Assembly (NCBI GenBank): GCA_020846145.1
Contig: JADLEL010000154.1
Span: forward strand, 11,680-75,679
Direction of reading: 5' to 3'
From: Pirellulales bacterium
GTDB lineage: Bacteria; Planctomycetota; Planctomycetia; Pirellulales; Thermoguttaceae
Length of the DNA: 64,000 nucleotides
Shown here: in pieces, positions 46,285 through 55,676 of the stretch
Position numbering within the stretch: position 1 is the stretch's first letter
How the letters are laid out: each line of letters begins with the position of its first letter
Notes under the pieces: generated by a model
What the model saw: only the letters and a program-made list of their open reading frames with translations
What the model was told of the DNA's origin: nothing
Database searches by the model: none
Made by a program: the position numbers and the translations under genes

Positions 46285-46480
46285 GTAAGCGTTCACGCCC
46301 CGGTCGGGGACTGGTCCATTTTTCGGCAAAATGACGTATTTTGGGGACAAACGGTAGGCCGAAAACATGGATCTGTCCCCTTCCCGCGGCGCGAGGGGGA
46401 CAGTCCCATTTTCGCGGCGATTAAGCATTTTTACGGCACCATCATCTTTCGCGCCGCGAAAATCGGGACAGTCCCCTGTG
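46285..46480. repeat. 196-nt double-hairpin element, right (inverted) copy
   Basis: Reverse complement of 44253-44448, with about 15 mismatches by eye. Confidence 0.9.
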
Positions 46481-46637
46481 AACGGTTACAGAAATCGCAT
46501 CAACAAGGGGTAAATGGGCTGATTCGAAATCCCACCCCTTCAGAGACAGGTATCCGATCCGTTTTTCGACGCAGGCATGGAGTCCGCCGTAAAACGAGGA
46601 AATCCGTCCCACTTCTGGAAATTCTCGGCAACCGATA

Positions 46638-46666
46638 TTGACCGTTTGCCCCTGCTTCGCTAAAGT
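46638..46666 (+). promoter_or_regulatory. candidate sigma70-like promoter upstream of the receiver-like gene
   Basis: TTGACC, 17-nt spacer, TAAAGT. Confidence 0.25.
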
Positions 46667-46788
46667 ACCACCCCGCTAATAGCTGAAAAAATCGGCGCGT
46701 CGGGATTGGGATGCATCGACTTCCACGAATAAAAGAATAAAGTCGAGATAGGGCGGGCGAAATCAGCCCTACGTTAGGGAACTTCATC

Positions 46789-47718
46789 ATGGTTACCACG
46801 CTGCAACCGCGAAAGCCGGAAAATCGGCTCGAAGTTCGGGCATGGCGGCAACTGCCTCCGCGGATGAGGGTGTTGTATATCGCCACCCACGAGCGCACCG
46901 GCGGGTGGCTGGCCGAAGCGCTCGAGTCGGACAGCGCCGTCGAGATCGAGATCGTCGAAGCGCCGGGCACGGCGTCCGGCATGGTTCAATTGCGCGATGA
47001 GGTCTTCGACGCCGTGCTGGTCAGCCATCTGCCCGGCGAGTTGGACGCCCTCGATTTAATCGAAGGCTATCGGGCGGGCGGCGCGGACGAGCCGATCCTG
47101 GTGCTCGGCACCCAGAGCGAACAGGAGATGGCCGCGCTGTGTTTCGAGGTCGGCGCGGACGGCTACCTTTGCGTCCATACGGCCACCACGCGCAATCTGC
47201 TCTGGACCTTGGCCCGCGCGGTGCAGCGGCATCAACTGCTGCGGGAGAACCATCGCCTGAGTCTGGCCGAGCAAACGCGGCTGCAGCGCGAGCACGACGA
47301 AGCCGACAAGTTGATCTCCCAACAGCGGGCGCTGATCGGCGATTTGGAAGCCTTGCGGCAAGGCGATCCCCGCGACAAAACCGCTTTTTTGCATTTGCCC
47401 GACGAGTTGATTCTGCACTATCGCGAACTGTTGCGGACCTACGTGATCATGGGATCGGGCAATTTGGGCGGGGAATTGAAACGGCTGGCCGAAATGCTGG
47501 TCGCCGCCGGGATGTCCGCCCCGCAGACCATGCAACTTCATCTTCGCGCGGTCGAGGAATTGGTTCACGGCCTCGGCGCCCGCAGCAGCCGCCACGTCAT
47601 GACCCGCGCCGACCTGCTCGGCCTGGAAGTGATGGTCCATCTGGCCGAGGGTTATCGGCGGCGGTACGAGGAGAAGATCCATCCGCCGCGGCAGCAAATT
47701 CTGCCGGGATTCGCATGA
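46789..47718 (+). CDS. atypical receiver-like protein with coiled coil and RsbU-N-like helical C-terminal domain
   Basis: CheY-like layout (RVLYIATHE...FDAVLVSH...ILVLGT...GADGYL) that lacks the acidic pair and the conserved Lys. C-terminal LILHYRELLRTYV...LKRLAEMLVAAGMSAPQTMQLHL resembles the RsbU N-terminal domain. An alternative ATG lies at 46864. Confidence 0.5.
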   Translation: MVTTLQPRKPENRLEVRAWRQLPPRMRVLYIATHERTGGWLAEALESDSAVEIEIVEAPGTASGMVQLRDEVFDAVLVSHLPGELDALDLIEGYRAGGADEPILVLGTQSEQEMAALCFEVGADGYLCVHTATTRNLLWTLARAVQRHQLLRENHRLSLAEQTRLQREHDEADKLISQQRALIGDLEALRQGDPRDKTAFLHLPDELILHYRELLRTYVIMGSGNLGGELKRLAEMLVAAGMSAPQTMQLHLRAVEELVHGLGARSSRHVMTRADLLGLEVMVHLAEGYRRRYEEKIHPPRQQILPGFA

Positions 47719-47873
47719 AGGCCGGCGCACCGACCGCCCTCGGAGATTATGAAAAAAATCGGAACGGGCACCTCACGACAATACCTTGTACTCGAGTGAT
47801 TATCGACAACTCGGTTCGGAGCCAGTCCCATTTTTTCACAACCTCTCAGCCTTCATCTTTCGGCATCCATGCT

Positions 47874-49232
47874 TCAATTCTCATCTCCGCCGGTCAATTG
47901 GGTTTCGACCTGGTCGGCCTGCCAGGCAATGGCGGAGAGGATGCGGCTGACGTCCAACGGGGCGAGGGTGTCGGCGAGTTGGTTGGCTTGGAGGACGACC
48001 ATCGGCGTCGCGCCGATGTTTTTCACCGCGAACGCGCCGTGGACCGTCGTGGTGTTGTATTGCAGCAGCAAGGCGGCGTTTTTTTCCAAAAACGGGCCGC
48101 AGATGGACCAATAGTTCACCACCGCCGCGCCGGAAGCGTCCTGCCGGCTGAAATCGACCGTCACCAATTGCTTGCGCAACGTGCCGATGGGCACGGTAAT
48201 CTTCATCGAGTCGCCGGTTTCTTCGATCTTGTATCCGGCGGCAGCCGCCACCGAACGGACGATCGCCTTGGGATCGACGGGGGCCGCGGGAGCAAGTTTG
48301 GAAAAATCGGGCATCCCCGCGCCCACCGCGGCGCCGGTTCGAGCAGTTTGCGACGCAACCGGCGCGGGCTGGCCGGCGGCCATCGCCTGCTGGATCATGC
48401 CGGGCATCATCATGCCGAACCCGGCGCCCATGCCCATGCCCATCGCGCCGGCTCCCATCCCGCCGCCGGCCATGCCGCCTTGTTCGGCGAGTTTCGCCAT
48501 GCTGTTGGCGGCCTGAAACTTCATGTAGGCGTTCAGATCGCCGACCGCGCCCATCGAACTGCGGGCGTCGATCGCCTTTTGAACTTCTTCGGGCGGCGTG
48601 ATGGCGCTGATGAAAAAGTCCATCAACTCGAGTCCGTACTGGGCGAACTCATTGCCCACCTTGGCTTTCGTCTCTTGGGCGACCTGATCGTACCGGCCGG
48701 GCAAGTCGAGCACGCCGAATTTCAGCGCGCCGAGCACGTCGGTCATGCGGGAGACGATCAGATCGCGGAAATAGTTCGTGGCCGCGTCGGTCGAATAGAT
48801 GCCCTGCGTGCCGACCAGCGAGTTGACGAGCGTTTTCGCGTCGGCCACGCGGAACGAGTATTTGCCGAAACCCCGCAGGCGAACCACGCCGAAATCGGGA
48901 TCGCGGAAGATGATCGGCTCCCGTGTCCCCCATTTCTGGTCGAGGAACGTCTGCTTGCCGATGAAATACACCTGGCCTTGGAAGGGCGATTTCTCCCAGG
49001 GAATGGTTAGCAGCCGCGTGAGGATCGGCACGTTGGCGGTGATAAGGGTGTGCCGGCCCGCGTAGAAAGTGTCCTGGGCTTGGCCGTTATAGAAAAAAAC
49101 AGCCTCCTGGTTCTCCTGGACGATAAGTTGCGCCCCGATTTTGATGTCGGCGGAGCCTTCCGGGGGGATGCGGGCGACGAGCGAGGTGTTCGCTTGGTCG
49201 AAAAACTGGAGGACTTCAATGCGAATGCCCAT
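47874..49232 (-). CDS. SPFH/Band-7 domain protein (COG4260-like) with Gly/Met-rich linker and YbjN-like C-terminal domain
   Basis: N-terminal two-thirds match the COG4260 SPFH layout ([19 protein letters not shown]......G.H.L...N.P....L...). Linker [28 protein letters not shown]. The C-terminal ~150 aa end in ...[14 protein letters not shown] at 49232. Confidence 0.7.
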   Translation of the reverse strand: MGIRIEVLQFFDQANTSLVARIPPEGSADIKIGAQLIVQENQEAVFFYNGQAQDTFYAGRHTLITANVPILTRLLTIPWEKSPFQGQVYFIGKQTFLDQKWGTREPIIFRDPDFGVVRLRGFGKYSFRVADAKTLVNSLVGTQGIYSTDAATNYFRDLIVSRMTDVLGALKFGVLDLPGRYDQVAQETKAKVGNEFAQYGLELMDFFISAITPPEEVQKAIDARSSMGAVGDLNAYMKFQAANSMAKLAEQGGMAGGGMGAGAMGMGMGAGFGMMMPGMIQQAMAAGQPAPVASQTARTGAAVGAGMPDFSKLAPAAPVDPKAIVRSVAAAAGYKIEETGDSMKITVPIGTLRKQLVTVDFSRQDASGAAVVNYWSICGPFLEKNAALLLQYNTTTVHGAFAVKNIGATPMVVLQANQLADTLAPLDVSRILSAIAWQADQVETQLTGGDEN

Positions 49233-49568
49233 GATGGACCTCTTTTTGAAGGGGGAAGGCGGAAGGGGGAAGGTACTTTGCAGCCTGTTGAAACAGGGGA
49301 CAGGCACATCGCTTCAGGCTGTTTTCAGCGGGAATTCCGGTATTTGGCTCTGAGCCAGTCCCCCTTTTTCAACGCGCTCTTAGGACAAATATTCGTTTGG
49401 CACGATCCAAACGCGAACGAGCGGCGTGGCGTACAAACAGCATCATAACGGGAAGCATTGGGCGATGGAAGTATAAGGAATTCGGGATGGCGTGAAATCC
49501 CGTTCAGGTTTTGGGCATTAACAGCAGGCGAATTGCAGGGTGGTCATTGCCCGTCAATAATCCATTCC

Positions 49569-49595
49569 AAAAAAAAGGGTGGGCAAAGCCCACCC
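49569..49595 (-). terminator. intrinsic terminator
   Basis: On the minus strand, GGGTGGGC-TTT-GCCCACCC followed by TTTTTTTT, downstream of CDS 49756..50064. Confidence 0.75.
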
Positions 49596-49755
49596 TGCAA
49601 TTCTTTTCACGCCGAGCGCAAACCGAAGATTTCGCTCGCAAAGGTGCTAAACTACTCCTGAAAAACCATACCGGCCGCGAACGTCTTCCTTGACGATCCC
49701 GGCCGGTTGCGTGTCGAACGCGAAGTGGTTTTATCGTAAAAGATTAGCAAATGCT

Positions 49756-50064
49756 TTACGGACCGATGCTTTGCGGATTGCGTTCGAGGAAATCGCGCGG
49801 TCCGCGAAGGTTATAATAGGGATACGCCACCGCGCCGCTCGCGGGGCCGGGATCGCCGACTTGCTGCCCTCCGGCGCACCGACGATGCAGGCAACAGCAG
49901 CCGTTGAGCAACCGGCAACGCGGGCAATCGGCATCGCCCACGACGGCGGCGGCTTGCGGGCAGCTTCCATCGGGGCAGGCGTTTTCGCGGCATTGACGCC
50001 GCAGACATCCGGTCGTGATCGCCAGCGTTACTACCGCAAGCAGGACAAAAATCGTGCGTTTCAT
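49756..50064 (-). CDS. Cys-rich small lipoprotein
   Basis: Signal peptide with lipobox LAITTGC; 11 Cys in the mature region; C-terminal YPYYNLRGPRDFLERNPQSIGP. Followed by a canonical terminator. Confidence 0.6.
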   Translation of the reverse strand: MKRTIFVLLAVVTLAITTGCLRRQCRENACPDGSCPQAAAVVGDADCPRCRLLNGCCCLHRRCAGGQQVGDPGPASGAVAYPYYNLRGPRDFLERNPQSIGP

Positions 50065-50304
50065 ATCCGACGATTCCTTTTTCTTCGATTTGGGTCGTTA
50101 ATGCGAAAAGTTGATTGGTCCCTTAAAATTGAAATCGGCGGAAGAATCGTTGCAGTCCAGAAAATCGGCAAAACCCGCGTTTTCCCGAAAAGTCGCCGCC
50201 TCCGCACCCCCTTCCCGTCGTAGGTTAGATAAGATAGCCTGACTTTGCGGGCAATGTCGGCTCGCAGATCGCCATTCACCGTACCGTCCTCGATCCTTCC
50301 TCAA

Positions 50305-50988
50305 ATGCTATCATCCCGTTTTTCCGACGCTCTGCTTTACGCCGCGAATTTGCACGCCGGGCAGCGGCGAAAAGCGAGCGGCGAACCGTATCTCGCGCAT
50401 CTGCTGGGCGCGGCTTCGATCGTGCTGGATTACGGCGGCAACGAGGACGAAGCGATCGCGGCCCTGCTGCACGACGCCATCGAAGACCAGGGCGGGCCGG
50501 CGGCGCGGGCGGAAATTCGGCAACGCTTCGGCGAAGGCGTCGCGGCCATCGTCGAGGGCTGCACCGACGCCGACGCGATTCCCAAACCGCCCTGGCGGCC
50601 GCGCAAGGAAGCTTTTTTAGACCGGCTTCGCGCCGCGCCACCTTCAGTCCTCTTGGTCGTGGCGGCCGACAAACTGCACAACCTCCGCGCACTCGCGCGC
50701 GAATACCGCCGGCGGGGCGAGAGTCTCTGGCAACACTTTCGCGGCGGCAGGGAGGGAACGCTGTGGTATCACCGCTCGGTCGTCGAAATCCTGCGACAGT
50801 TCATTCAATCTCGCGATGCCGGCAGCCCGCCTGCGGGCAAAGCAGCCGAAACGGCCGCGCCACAAGGCGCCGCGGATGATATTGCCAACCTCGGGGGCCT
50901 AACTTTGTTGGTCGAGGAATTGGATCGCGCCATGCAGGAATTCGAACGGCTCGTTTCGGAAAACGTTTCCGGGACTGTTGCAACGTGA
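50305..50988 (+). CDS. HD domain protein, RelA/SpoT-type (p)ppGpp-hydrolase-like
   Basis: A...H.GQRRK.SGEPYL.HLLGAASIVL......DEAIAALLHDAIEDQG is the SpoT/RelA HD signature. No synthetase domain. Confidence 0.75.
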   Translation: MLSSRFSDALLYAANLHAGQRRKASGEPYLAHLLGAASIVLDYGGNEDEAIAALLHDAIEDQGGPAARAEIRQRFGEGVAAIVEGCTDADAIPKPPWRPRKEAFLDRLRAAPPSVLLVVAADKLHNLRALAREYRRRGESLWQHFRGGREGTLWYHRSVVEILRQFIQSRDAGSPPAGKAAETAAPQGAADDIANLGGLTLLVEELDRAMQEFERLVSENVSGTVAT

Positions 50989-51028
50989 AAAAGACCGGGC
51001 AGGCGTTCGCCGAAATCGGCCGGGTTAA

Positions 51029-52501
51029 TCAAATCCGCTTGAAGTCGATGAAACCTTGTTCGACGTCGGTTTGCAGCAGTCGCACGCGGATTTTATCGCC
51101 CACGTCCAGGCCGGCCGCGCCTTGCGCGAGTTTTCCTTCGACGGGCGGATCGAGCAGCCGGACCCACGTGCCCTTGGGGGATGCGCCGGTAACGAGGGCG
51201 TCGAACTCCGCGCCGATTTGCGACTCGAGCAGCAGCGCCGCGGCCGATTTACCGACTTGCCGCTCGACTTTCTTCGCGGCATCCTCTTGTTTGCTGCAAT
51301 GCTTGGCCAGCAGCTCCATTTCCTCCCGCTCGTAAGGCGCGGATTCGGCGATCAGCGCCGCCTTGAGCAGTCGCTGCGTGATGATGTCCGGGTAGCGTCG
51401 GTTGGGGGCCGTGGAATGGCTGTAGTCGCGGACCGCCAGCCCGAAATGCCCCGGCGCGGCGTCTTCGCCGGGAAAGATCGCCGCGTATTCGCCGTTTCCC
51501 AGGAGTTTGATCACCGTGAGCGAGAGGTCGGGAAACCGCAGCGGATCGGCCGCTTGCTCTTTGATGAGGAACTCGTCGAGCGGCTTCGGATCGGGCCGTT
51601 CGGGGAGCTCGAATCCGCGGCGGCGGGCGATTTCGACGATCGCCTCCCAGCGCTTCGGCGTGCGCACCACGCGGCGCAATGAAGGAAATTTCCTTTCGGC
51701 AAGAAAACGGGCGGTTACGCCGTTGGCCGCGATCATGAAATCGGCGATCAGCTCCTTGGCGCAATTGGATGCTTCCACTGCAAGCTCATCGATTCGATCG
51801 CCCTCGAAAACCGGCCGCGCCTCGAGCGTCTCCAAACTCAGGGCGCCGTGAGTCTGCCGGAGATTTTTCATCTTTTGGGCCACGCGGTTTTGCAGGCGAA
51901 GGTTTTCCTCCAGCCCCGACAGGGCGGCAACGGCTTCGGGCGCGGCCGCGCCGTCTTCGAGCCAGGCGGCGACGCGGTTATAGGCGAGTTTCGCCCGATT
52001 ATGTACGCCCGCCCGGTAAATGGCGGAATCCGCGAGCGCGCCGTCCGCGCCGACTACCATTTCGACCACGACCGCCAGCCGATCCACGCCGGGATTCAAG
52101 GAGGTGATATCGGTCGAGAGTTTTTCGGGGAGCATGGGGAAGATCGTCGCCGCCGTATAGACCGAGGTGGTGTTGTGGCGGGCGTCTTCGTCGATCGCCG
52201 TGCCTTTCTCGACCACGGTATCCACATCGGCGACCGCCACGAAAATTTTCGCCCGGCCGCCGGGCAGTTCCTCGGCGACGGTGAGCTGGTCCAAGTCGCG
52301 GGAATCGTCGTTGTCGATGGACGCCCAGAGCAGGCCGCGCAGGTCGCGGATCCGCCCGTCGCCCTCGATGCCCGCCGCTTGCAGACCGCCGAGTTCGTAC
52401 TTCGCCGCCAGCGAAAAATCGGGACGCAAGCCGCGGGCGACCATCGCCTGGCGGGCGATGCGGTTCAAACGGGCGCGGTCGTGTTGGTCTGCGGCGTTCA
52501 T
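51029..52501 (-). CDS. RNB domain ribonuclease (RNase II/R family) with C-terminal S1-like domain
   Basis: IDNDDSRDLDQL, VAVADV, DEDARHNTTSVY, HFGLAV.DYSHSTAPNRRYPD are RNB catalytic motifs. Confidence 0.85.
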   Translation of the reverse strand: MNAADQHDRARLNRIARQAMVARGLRPDFSLAAKYELGGLQAAGIEGDGRIRDLRGLLWASIDNDDSRDLDQLTVAEELPGGRAKIFVAVADVDTVVEKGTAIDEDARHNTTSVYTAATIFPMLPEKLSTDITSLNPGVDRLAVVVEMVVGADGALADSAIYRAGVHNRAKLAYNRVAAWLEDGAAAPEAVAALSGLEENLRLQNRVAQKMKNLRQTHGALSLETLEARPVFEGDRIDELAVEASNCAKELIADFMIAANGVTARFLAERKFPSLRRVVRTPKRWEAIVEIARRRGFELPERPDPKPLDEFLIKEQAADPLRFPDLSLTVIKLLGNGEYAAIFPGEDAAPGHFGLAVRDYSHSTAPNRRYPDIITQRLLKAALIAESAPYEREEMELLAKHCSKQEDAAKKVERQVGKSAAALLLESQIGAEFDALVTGASPKGTWVRLLDPPVEGKLAQGAAGLDVGDKIRVRLLQTDVEQGFIDFKRI

Positions 52502-52556
52502 GGAGCGGTCCTTTCGAGCCGTTTGCCGTTTGCGGGAATGGAATTCCGCCTGCTAA

Positions 52557-52679
52557 GGCGCTGTCCGACAATATACTACCGAATTCCTATGTAGTAGGCA
52601 CACTCCGTGTGCCGTAATTCGCGGACGGCACACGGAGTGTGCCTACTACGATTCCGGCAACTCATTGTCGGGCAACGCC
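52557..52679. repeat. 123-nt long near-palindromic element, copy 2 (inverted)
   Basis: Reverse complement of 45332-45454, about 97 % identical by eye. It abuts the stop codon of CDS 52679..53497. Confidence 0.9.
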
Positions 52680-53497
52680 TACTCGCCGAGGTAGCGCCGA
52701 ATGGCGGCAAGCGACGCCCGCGAGTCGGCCATGCGGGGAAAATATTCCAAGCCGAAGCAGCCGCGGTAGCCCAACGCCTCGATCCGTTTAACGATCGCCG
52801 GATAGTTCAATTCGCCGTCGAACAATTCTCCGCGGCCAGGCACGCCGGCGCTGTGGAAATGGCCGATGATGTCGATATTCCGTTCGATCGTCGCGAGGAC
52901 GTTCCCCTCCATGATCTGATTATGATAGACATCGTAAAGCATTTTCAAGTACGGATTGCCGATGCCGCGGACGATTTCGGCGGCTTCGGTCGACGAGTCG
53001 AGATAATAGCCGGGGTGATCGACCAACGTGTTGAGCGGCTCCAAAAGCAGCGTGAAATCGGCCTTGCCCGCCATTTCCGCGGCTTCGCCCAAGGCGCGTT
53101 CGAGGTTTTCGCGCATTTGCGTCCGGGAGAGCGCCGGATCGACGACGCCGGAGAGCGTGATGCCCCGTGTGCAGCCGATCGATTTGCCGAAGGCGATCAT
53201 CCGCGCGATCTGTTCGAGGTATTTCGCGCGATCGGCCGCTTTGACGGGCGAGCCGCCGATCGAGCCGTCCCAAGCGTGCATTGCAAAGTCGTTGATCGCG
53301 ACGCCGTGCTTGCGGCAACAGTCTTTCAATTCCGCGGGGTCTTTCGCCAGGTCGAAACGCACGGTTTTTCCGTCGAAGGTCCCTTCCGGATGCCAGAATT
53401 CGAGATCTCGAAATCCCAGTTGGGCGATGGCGGCGATCCGCTCCGCCACCGGCAGATCGGTAAATACCGTTTCCAGGCAAACCGCAATTTTGACCAT
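52679..53497 (-). CDS. hydroxypyruvate isomerase family / xylose-isomerase-like TIM barrel protein
   Basis: LLLEPLN......PGYYL.....A..IV..IG.P.LK.LYDVYH.Q.MEGN.......N...IGHFH.A..PGR.E is typical of the Hyi family. Confidence 0.8.
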   Translation of the reverse strand: MVKIAVCLETVFTDLPVAERIAAIAQLGFRDLEFWHPEGTFDGKTVRFDLAKDPAELKDCCRKHGVAINDFAMHAWDGSIGGSPVKAADRAKYLEQIARMIAFGKSIGCTRGITLSGVVDPALSRTQMRENLERALGEAAEMAGKADFTLLLEPLNTLVDHPGYYLDSSTEAAEIVRGIGNPYLKMLYDVYHNQIMEGNVLATIERNIDIIGHFHSAGVPGRGELFDGELNYPAIVKRIEALGYRGCFGLEYFPRMADSRASLAAIRRYLGE

Positions 53498-53520
53498 AAT
53501 CGTCTCCTTTCGCCTGGATT

Positions 53521-54465
53521 CTACACGAACAACCGGCTTACCGATTCGTTGCGGTGGATGCGCTTGATGGCTTCGCCCAAGAGCGGGGCGATGCTGATGA
53601 CGGTGATTTTCGACGATTCCTTGCCCGCCGGCAGCGGGACGGTATCGGTGACGAACAGGCCGTCGATGGGCGAATTCTCGAATCGCTCGAACGCCGATCC
53701 GCAGAACAGCCCGTGCGTGGCGGCCAGGAAAATCCGCTTCGCGCCGTGCGCCTTCATCACTTCGGCCGCGCCGCAGATCGAGCCGCCGGTGCTGATCAGG
53801 TCGTCGAAGATGAGCGCGGTCTTGCCTTCCACGCCCGAACCGATGACGTTCGCCTGCTTGGTGTTTTCGGCGCTGGTGCGGCGTTTGTCGATGATCGCCA
53901 GATGCCCGCCCAAGCGGGAGAGATGCACCAGCGCCCGCTTGATGCTCCCTTCGTCGGGGCTGACGACGACGAAATCGTCGGAGTTCAAGCCCAGCGTCTT
54001 GAGGTGCGCGTCGATCACCGGCGCGGAGTAGAGGTGGTCCATGGGGATGTCGAAGAAGCCCTGGATTTGCGCGGTGTGCAGGTCCATGCCCACCACGCGG
54101 TCGGCGCCGGCCCGGGTGATCAGGTTGGCCACCAGCTTCGCCGAGATCGGCACGCGGCCTTCGTCCTTGCGGTCCTGCCGGGCGTAGCCGAAGTAGGGCA
54201 TCACCGCCGTGATCCGCTCGGCGCTGGCGCGTTTGAAGCTGTCGATCATCAGCAGCAGTTCCATCAGGTTATCGTTGACCGGCGGGCAGGTGGGCTGCAA
54301 GATATAGACGTCCCGCCCGCGCACGTCTTCGTCGATCTTGCAGGAGATTTCGCCGTCCGGGAAATTGCCGATCAGCGCGCGCCCCAGGGGCAAGCCGAGA
54401 TACTCGCAAATTTTCCTGGCCAGCGCCGGGTGGGCGCGGCCGGTGAATAATTTCATCGCGTTCAT
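53521..54465 (-). CDS. prs: ribose-phosphate pyrophosphokinase
   Basis: FPDGEISCKI.EDVRGRDVYI.Q, MPYFGYARQDRK, VVVSPDEGS, IFDDLISTGGS. Confidence 0.93.
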   Translation of the reverse strand: MNAMKLFTGRAHPALARKICEYLGLPLGRALIGNFPDGEISCKIDEDVRGRDVYILQPTCPPVNDNLMELLLMIDSFKRASAERITAVMPYFGYARQDRKDEGRVPISAKLVANLITRAGADRVVGMDLHTAQIQGFFDIPMDHLYSAPVIDAHLKTLGLNSDDFVVVSPDEGSIKRALVHLSRLGGHLAIIDKRRTSAENTKQANVIGSGVEGKTALIFDDLISTGGSICGAAEVMKAHGAKRIFLAATHGLFCGSAFERFENSPIDGLFVTDTVPLPAGKESSKITVISIAPLLGEAIKRIHRNESVSRLFV

Positions 54466-54519
54466 GGGAGAGTTATCAGTTGACAGTTATCGGTAATGAG
54501 TTTTTTTGATCGTCTTTTC

Positions 54520-54661
54520 CTCGTTCCCACGCTCTGCGTGGGAACGCAATTCCGCGACGCTCCTGCGTCGCAGAAGTTTTAACCAGCGTTGAATCCTCTT
54601 CTTACGCTCCAGAAGCTGGTGTGTCCACAAATTGCGTTCCCACGCAGAGCATGGGAACGAG
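54520..54661. repeat. composite three-hairpin element, family D (opposite orientation)
   Basis: CTCGTTCCCACGCTCTGCGTGGGAACGCAATTCCGCGACGCTCCTGCGTCGCAGAA ... ATTGCGTTCCCACGCAGAGCATGGGAACGAG. Confidence 0.85.
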
Positions 54662-54756
54662 TAGATAGTCTATTATTTTATGGATTCGCTCCCCGACTAT
54701 GCTAGGGGACCCCGACATCGAAAAATAACCCCAAGAATGGCCGTATCCTGCCCACT

Positions 54757-55398
54757 CTACAGAATTCTCGCGGCCGCGATCAGCCGTTCCCCGATCACGC
54801 GGAGAATTTTCCGCCCGATCTGGCTCTTTCCGCCGGAGAACGCGGCAACCACCCCGCCGGATTTGTCCAGAATCTCGACCGCAGTTTCCGCGGCATGGAC
54901 CGCTTCCGGGCCGTTGACGACGATCAAATCGCAGCTTTTCCGCTCCAGTTTTTGCATCGCCCGCAGGTGCTTGTCTTCAGTCTCCAAGGCGAAGGCGACC
55001 ATCCACTGATGTATTTTGATTTCGCTCAGGCTCGCCACCACGTCGGGCGTTTCCAGCAACTCCAACGTAAGCGAGTCGCCGGTCTTGCGGATTTTGTGCT
55101 TCGCCACCGCCCGGGGACGATAATCGCAGGGCGCCGCCGCCGCGATTAAGCCGTCGCATTCGGGAAAAATTTTCAAGCAGGCTTCCAATAGCTCTTCGGT
55201 CGAGACGATGCGCACGACTTCCGCCTCGGCGGGATACGGCACATCCACGGGGCCCGAGACGATCACCGCCCGATGCCCCGCCTCGATCGCCGCCTCGGCC
55301 AGCGCCGCCCCCATCCGCCCGCTCGAGGCGTTCGTCAAGAATCGCACCGGATCGAGGTATTGTCGCGTCGGGCCGGAAGTAATGAGGATGCGAGTCAT
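54757..55398 (-). CDS. coaB: phosphopantothenate--cysteine ligase (stand-alone CoaB)
   Basis: ILITSGPTRQYLDPVRFLTNASSGRMG, AAAPCDYRP, KIRKTG matches the CoaB half of Dfp. Confidence 0.85.
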   Translation of the reverse strand: MTRILITSGPTRQYLDPVRFLTNASSGRMGAALAEAAIEAGHRAVIVSGPVDVPYPAEAEVVRIVSTEELLEACLKIFPECDGLIAAAAPCDYRPRAVAKHKIRKTGDSLTLELLETPDVVASLSEIKIHQWMVAFALETEDKHLRAMQKLERKSCDLIVVNGPEAVHAAETAVEILDKSGGVVAAFSGGKSQIGRKILRVIGERLIAAARIL

Positions 55399-55406
55399 GG
55401 CAAGCA

Positions 55407-55676
55407 CTAACAATATAACACCGAAGTTGAAATCGCCCAGATCAGAAGAAAAAAAGCAAAGACCGTCGAAAAAGCGAAAGTTATGCGCTCCTTGTTGCCA
55501 GACTTCCACGCGAGAATTATCAAGCCCGTAATCGCAGCAATTAGACTTGTGAATAATACAATCGTTTTAATGTCTATGCCGCCCATCGACGGAAAATATA
55601 ACGCGGACTCAAACAAACCATAGGCAACGAAAAGAGTCGCGAAATGTACGGCAATTATTGCAGTTCTGACCCGCAT
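55407..55676 (-). CDS. small hydrophobic membrane protein (3 predicted TM helices), hypothetical
   Basis: 89-aa ORF. The ATG directly abuts the coaC TGA stop. Three hydrophobic stretches. The segment is visibly AT-rich. Confidence 0.4.
   Translation of the reverse strand: MRVRTAIIAVHFATLFVAYGLFESALYFPSMGGIDIKTIVLFTSLIAAITGLIILAWKSGNKERITFAFSTVFAFFLLIWAISTSVLYC

Noticed and set aside
44253-46480. Calling the inverted-repeat-bounded 1.8-kb segment a composite transposon.
   Set aside because: No transposase or integrase is enclosed, and I could find no flanking target duplication. It is reported only as an inverted-repeat pair.
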